NCBI GenBank assembly: GCA_965202585.1
Contig: OZ241833.1
Span: forward strand, 19,716,001-19,780,000
DNA: 64,000 nt
Source: Thalia democratica
Lineage: Eukaryota
Direction of reading: 5' to 3'
A program made the translations under genes and the position numbers. The notes beneath the pieces are model-generated. The model searched no databases. It saw only the letters and a program-made list of their open reading frames with translations, and had not been told where the DNA came from. This document shows positions 61,339 through 64,000 of the stretch, one piece after another; the first letter of the stretch is position 1; each line of letters starts with the position of its first letter.

Positions 61339-62251
61339 GCTTAGGATAACTCAGGATTTTTTTCTAACTCAGACTGACTTAAGATAAGTTTAAGTAGAAT
61401 AATAGACTGAACTTGTTTTTTTCTTGTTAAGTTATCTTAATTAGGTATTTAAAATAGCTAGATTTATAAACTAAGTACAAATTCAACAGTCTTTAGCAAC
61501 CGAACTAGCCACATCAACCAGTCTATAGCAACGTAACTAGACAATCCAGCAGTCAACACCCTAACAAGCAGTTTGCCTATCCAGAAAATTGTGTCATCTA
61601 ATTTTATAACTCGATTATGTTTTATGTTTGTTAAATAAACTAATCATTTCATTGTCCTGGACAAGACGTTAAACTGTATCCAAGTAGTGTACAACGAGAT
61701 TACCGAAAGGTTTTTTCAAATACTAGGTCATTGGACAAAGTATTTTTGAGTTCTTTTTTTTCATTCCATAGAATATTAATTTCTTTGCAATTTTTATGTT
61801 ACAACCATTAAAAATATCAAAATGTTTTTGATTAACGTTTCATTTTCTAAATTTGATATTTAAGGTACGAATTAAATTACTTAATTTGTTGCAATTGACA
61901 TTTACAAAGACATTTCCATTTAATAAATTGTATTTATTCCAAGTTTTTTTTGTGATAGAGAGGCTTTTATTTAAACAACATTTTTGTTACTATGAAAATT
62001 ATTTATTACAACCAGATGTAATGGCAGCGCTAGAAGCTAATTAAAAATTTGAATGAGTCACCTTAAAAATTCAAAAATATAGTCTTTCAAGTAACAGTGG
62101 TATTACGCTGAACTTATTAGAATGCACCCATTCGTTTTTAAACGAATAAAAAATGTGCACAATATAAATTTGTGAAGCCATATTGTAGGGGGGCATGGCC
62201 TTTTAAATTTCCTCGAAAGGGGCCATTAGAAAAAAAGTTTGGGAAACCCTG
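61339..62251. repeat. Right arm of the 913-bp inverted repeat
   Basis: Mirror of 58641-59553 (paired coordinates sum to 120892); mirror ORFs 58848-59039(-) and 61853-62044(+). Confidence 0.98.
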
Positions 62252-62706
62252 TTTTAAAACAATTAAAAAACTTTACAGTATCAGCTTATAAATGTAATAA
62301 AAAACAGATTAGCATTCCTCCAGGTTTTTTCTCAGTTTATCATCATAACTTTCTTCTTACAACAGCTAGTATAGGTATTTTTTACTTGTTTTTTAAAACT
62401 AAATTTATTTTATAGATGTTTTATTACTAAAATTTATACTTAAGTGTACACAAAAACATTTAAAATTACATATTAGTAAGAAAAAAGGTTTATTTTATTT
62501 GATTTTTACACATTTTGATTTTTTAGAAATTGTTTTAGCATTCTAAACTAATTCCTATGCACACAAATGTACAAAGATGCTCATATTTAAATCGGCATAC
62601 TGACAATTCCCACTCAAAAATATTTTTAACTTTCTTTATTTATTTCTTTTTTTTCTAATATTTTTGTTTCGTTTATATTTATTATTAATTTATGTTTTAC
62701 TATCAC

Positions 62707-62791
62707 TGTTACCCCTAATCCTTGGTTGGTAAGCGGTTATCGGATTTGATCGGGTGGGAAATGATCGCGGGTTGGAAATGAGCGGTTCACA
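62707..62791. repeat. Short GC-richer block with a 17-nt tandem repeat
   Basis: CGGGTGGGAAATGATCG (62751-62767) followed by CGGGTTGGAAATGAGCG (62768-62784), 15/17 identical; probably a transposon subterminal remnant. Confidence 0.4.
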
Positions 62792-63402
62792 TTTTTAAAC
62801 ACGTTTTATTTAATACTTAAACTAGATTAAGTTTAGTTAGTTCATAATTTTATAAAATTATTGTTTATACATACATGTATTATCTAGGTGTGTAAAGACA
62901 CATTTAAAACAATACATGATACAGATTAAAATATTTTTTAATAGGTATACATTACAATATACAAAACAATGTTTTTTTGACAAACTAAGTTAATTTTTAT
63001 GCACTAATATATACAGTTACTGTTTATTTAATACAAATTAAATTTAGGGATGGTAAATTTATAAGGTTTGTATATTGTTAATCAAAGTAGTTAAAATTCA
63101 AGCAAATAAACAACTAAACATTGCCACACACTTAAACTATGACTATCTGTAGATTTCAAATCTCAAGTCAATTTAGTCATTTTTTAGTTAAAATAAATAT
63201 TTGTATACTAAAATATTAGGCTAGTTTTTGGTCATTTAGGCTGGCGTTTTTGCTTTATGAGTGGCAAATTAAATTTATGATGTATGTTTTATTCAATTTA
63301 CAGTGTTGGTTTGATATATAAAATATAATAAACTTTAAGTCTTGCAGCTGATAAAATTTTAAATTTTATTTATATAATTTTACACATATAGGTGTGAACA
63401 AT

Positions 63403-63710
63403 TAGTGTTGCTAAAAAACTTAAATCCCGGAAAAGCTTGGAATTTGAAAATTTATGCCTTATAATTTTAGAAAAACCTTGAATTTGAGAACTTATGAAAA
63501 AAACTGGAATTTTAAACAATTTTTACGTGTAAAGTAATGAAATTTCGATTTGACACAAAAAATTTACTTTATAGATACTTTTTTTAAACTCACTAAAAGT
63601 AGCTCAACAGTATCTATTTAGTATTGCTATATTATTAAAGACAGTTTTTTATTCCATGTAATTTAATTTTATACCAAAAAAAGAAGCAGAAAATTATACT
63701 TTTAAAAACT
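63403..63710. mobile_element. Diverged, inverted copy of the 58277-58607 MITE
   Basis: TAGTGTTGCTA start, repeated GGAATTTGA motifs, GAAATTTCGATTTGAC, TAAAAGTAGCT; collinear with the reverse complement of 58277-58607. End approximate. Confidence 0.55.
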
Positions 63711-64000
63711 TTATGTAAGTGCATTGCATCTTTGCTTTTAAAACGCCTTCACCTATTATTGTGCATTGGAACTTAACCTAGAATCTTTTCTAAAAAATCA
63801 AAGTCAGTAAAAACACCTCTAATAAGAACTCTCAGATGAGCAATATTTGTTGTACCTGTTCTCTTATATTAACAGATTGATTAAAGTTCTAATTTGATTG
63901 ATGCTGCTTTATAAACTTCAGAGATTTAATAAACACGACTAAATGTTGTCATTGAAGAAAAGAACAAAAATATTTTACTACCGCCAACATAAATTCTTAA

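Larger units (their letters stand above)
58641..62251. mobile_element. 3611-bp hAT-ended composite/foldback-like unit with 913-bp inverted arms
   Basis: Both ends read CAGGGTTTCCCAAAC (same TIR as the 6004 MITE); arms 58641-59553 and 61339-62251; flanks CTTTAAAG / TTTTAAAA; no transposase ORF. Confidence 0.82.

Noticed and set aside
58848-62044. Twin 63-aa ORFs 58848-59039(-) and 61853-62044(+)
   Set aside because: Mirror images produced by the inverted arms; no transposase (BED finger, DDE, hATC) features.
1-64000. CRISPR arrays, rRNA, snRNA, known miRNAs, telomeric arrays, systematically non-canonical introns
   Set aside because: No regularly spaced repeats or recognisable RNA gene sequence were seen. 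All reconstructed introns are GT-AG except one GC-AG.

Overview
Very AT-rich eukaryotic (animal) genomic DNA with spliceosomal introns. There are no prokaryotic features, rRNA, credible tRNA or CRISPR arrays. Gene content (a Sulfotransfer_4-type enzyme, an HNF-class Hmbox gene) suggests an invertebrate chordate such as an ascidian, but that is inference. Three genes could be rebuilt by hand with phase-consistent splice sites. (1) A 4-exon, 251-aa sulfotransferase-like gene (+, 2221-3984). (2) An 11-coding-exon, 551-aa HMBOX1-like homeobox gene (-, 40975-21564) with one GC-AG intron. (3) The last four exons of an acidic/coiled-coil protein gene (-, 58094-55839), whose 5' part was not found in the window. 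The rest is intronic/intergenic DNA with several hAT-type MITEs, a 0.5-kb tandem duplication and CpG-richer non-coding islands. Most notable: a 3.6-kb hAT-ended unit with 913-bp inverted arms differing at only 4 positions; a TATA+Inr+Kozak internal promoter candidate in Hmbox intron 6 that would give a homeodomain-only isoform; and extreme exon-to-exon GC3 mosaicism (89% vs 39% in exons 189 bp apart). No new multi-gene system is evident. All gene models are manual and need transcript support.
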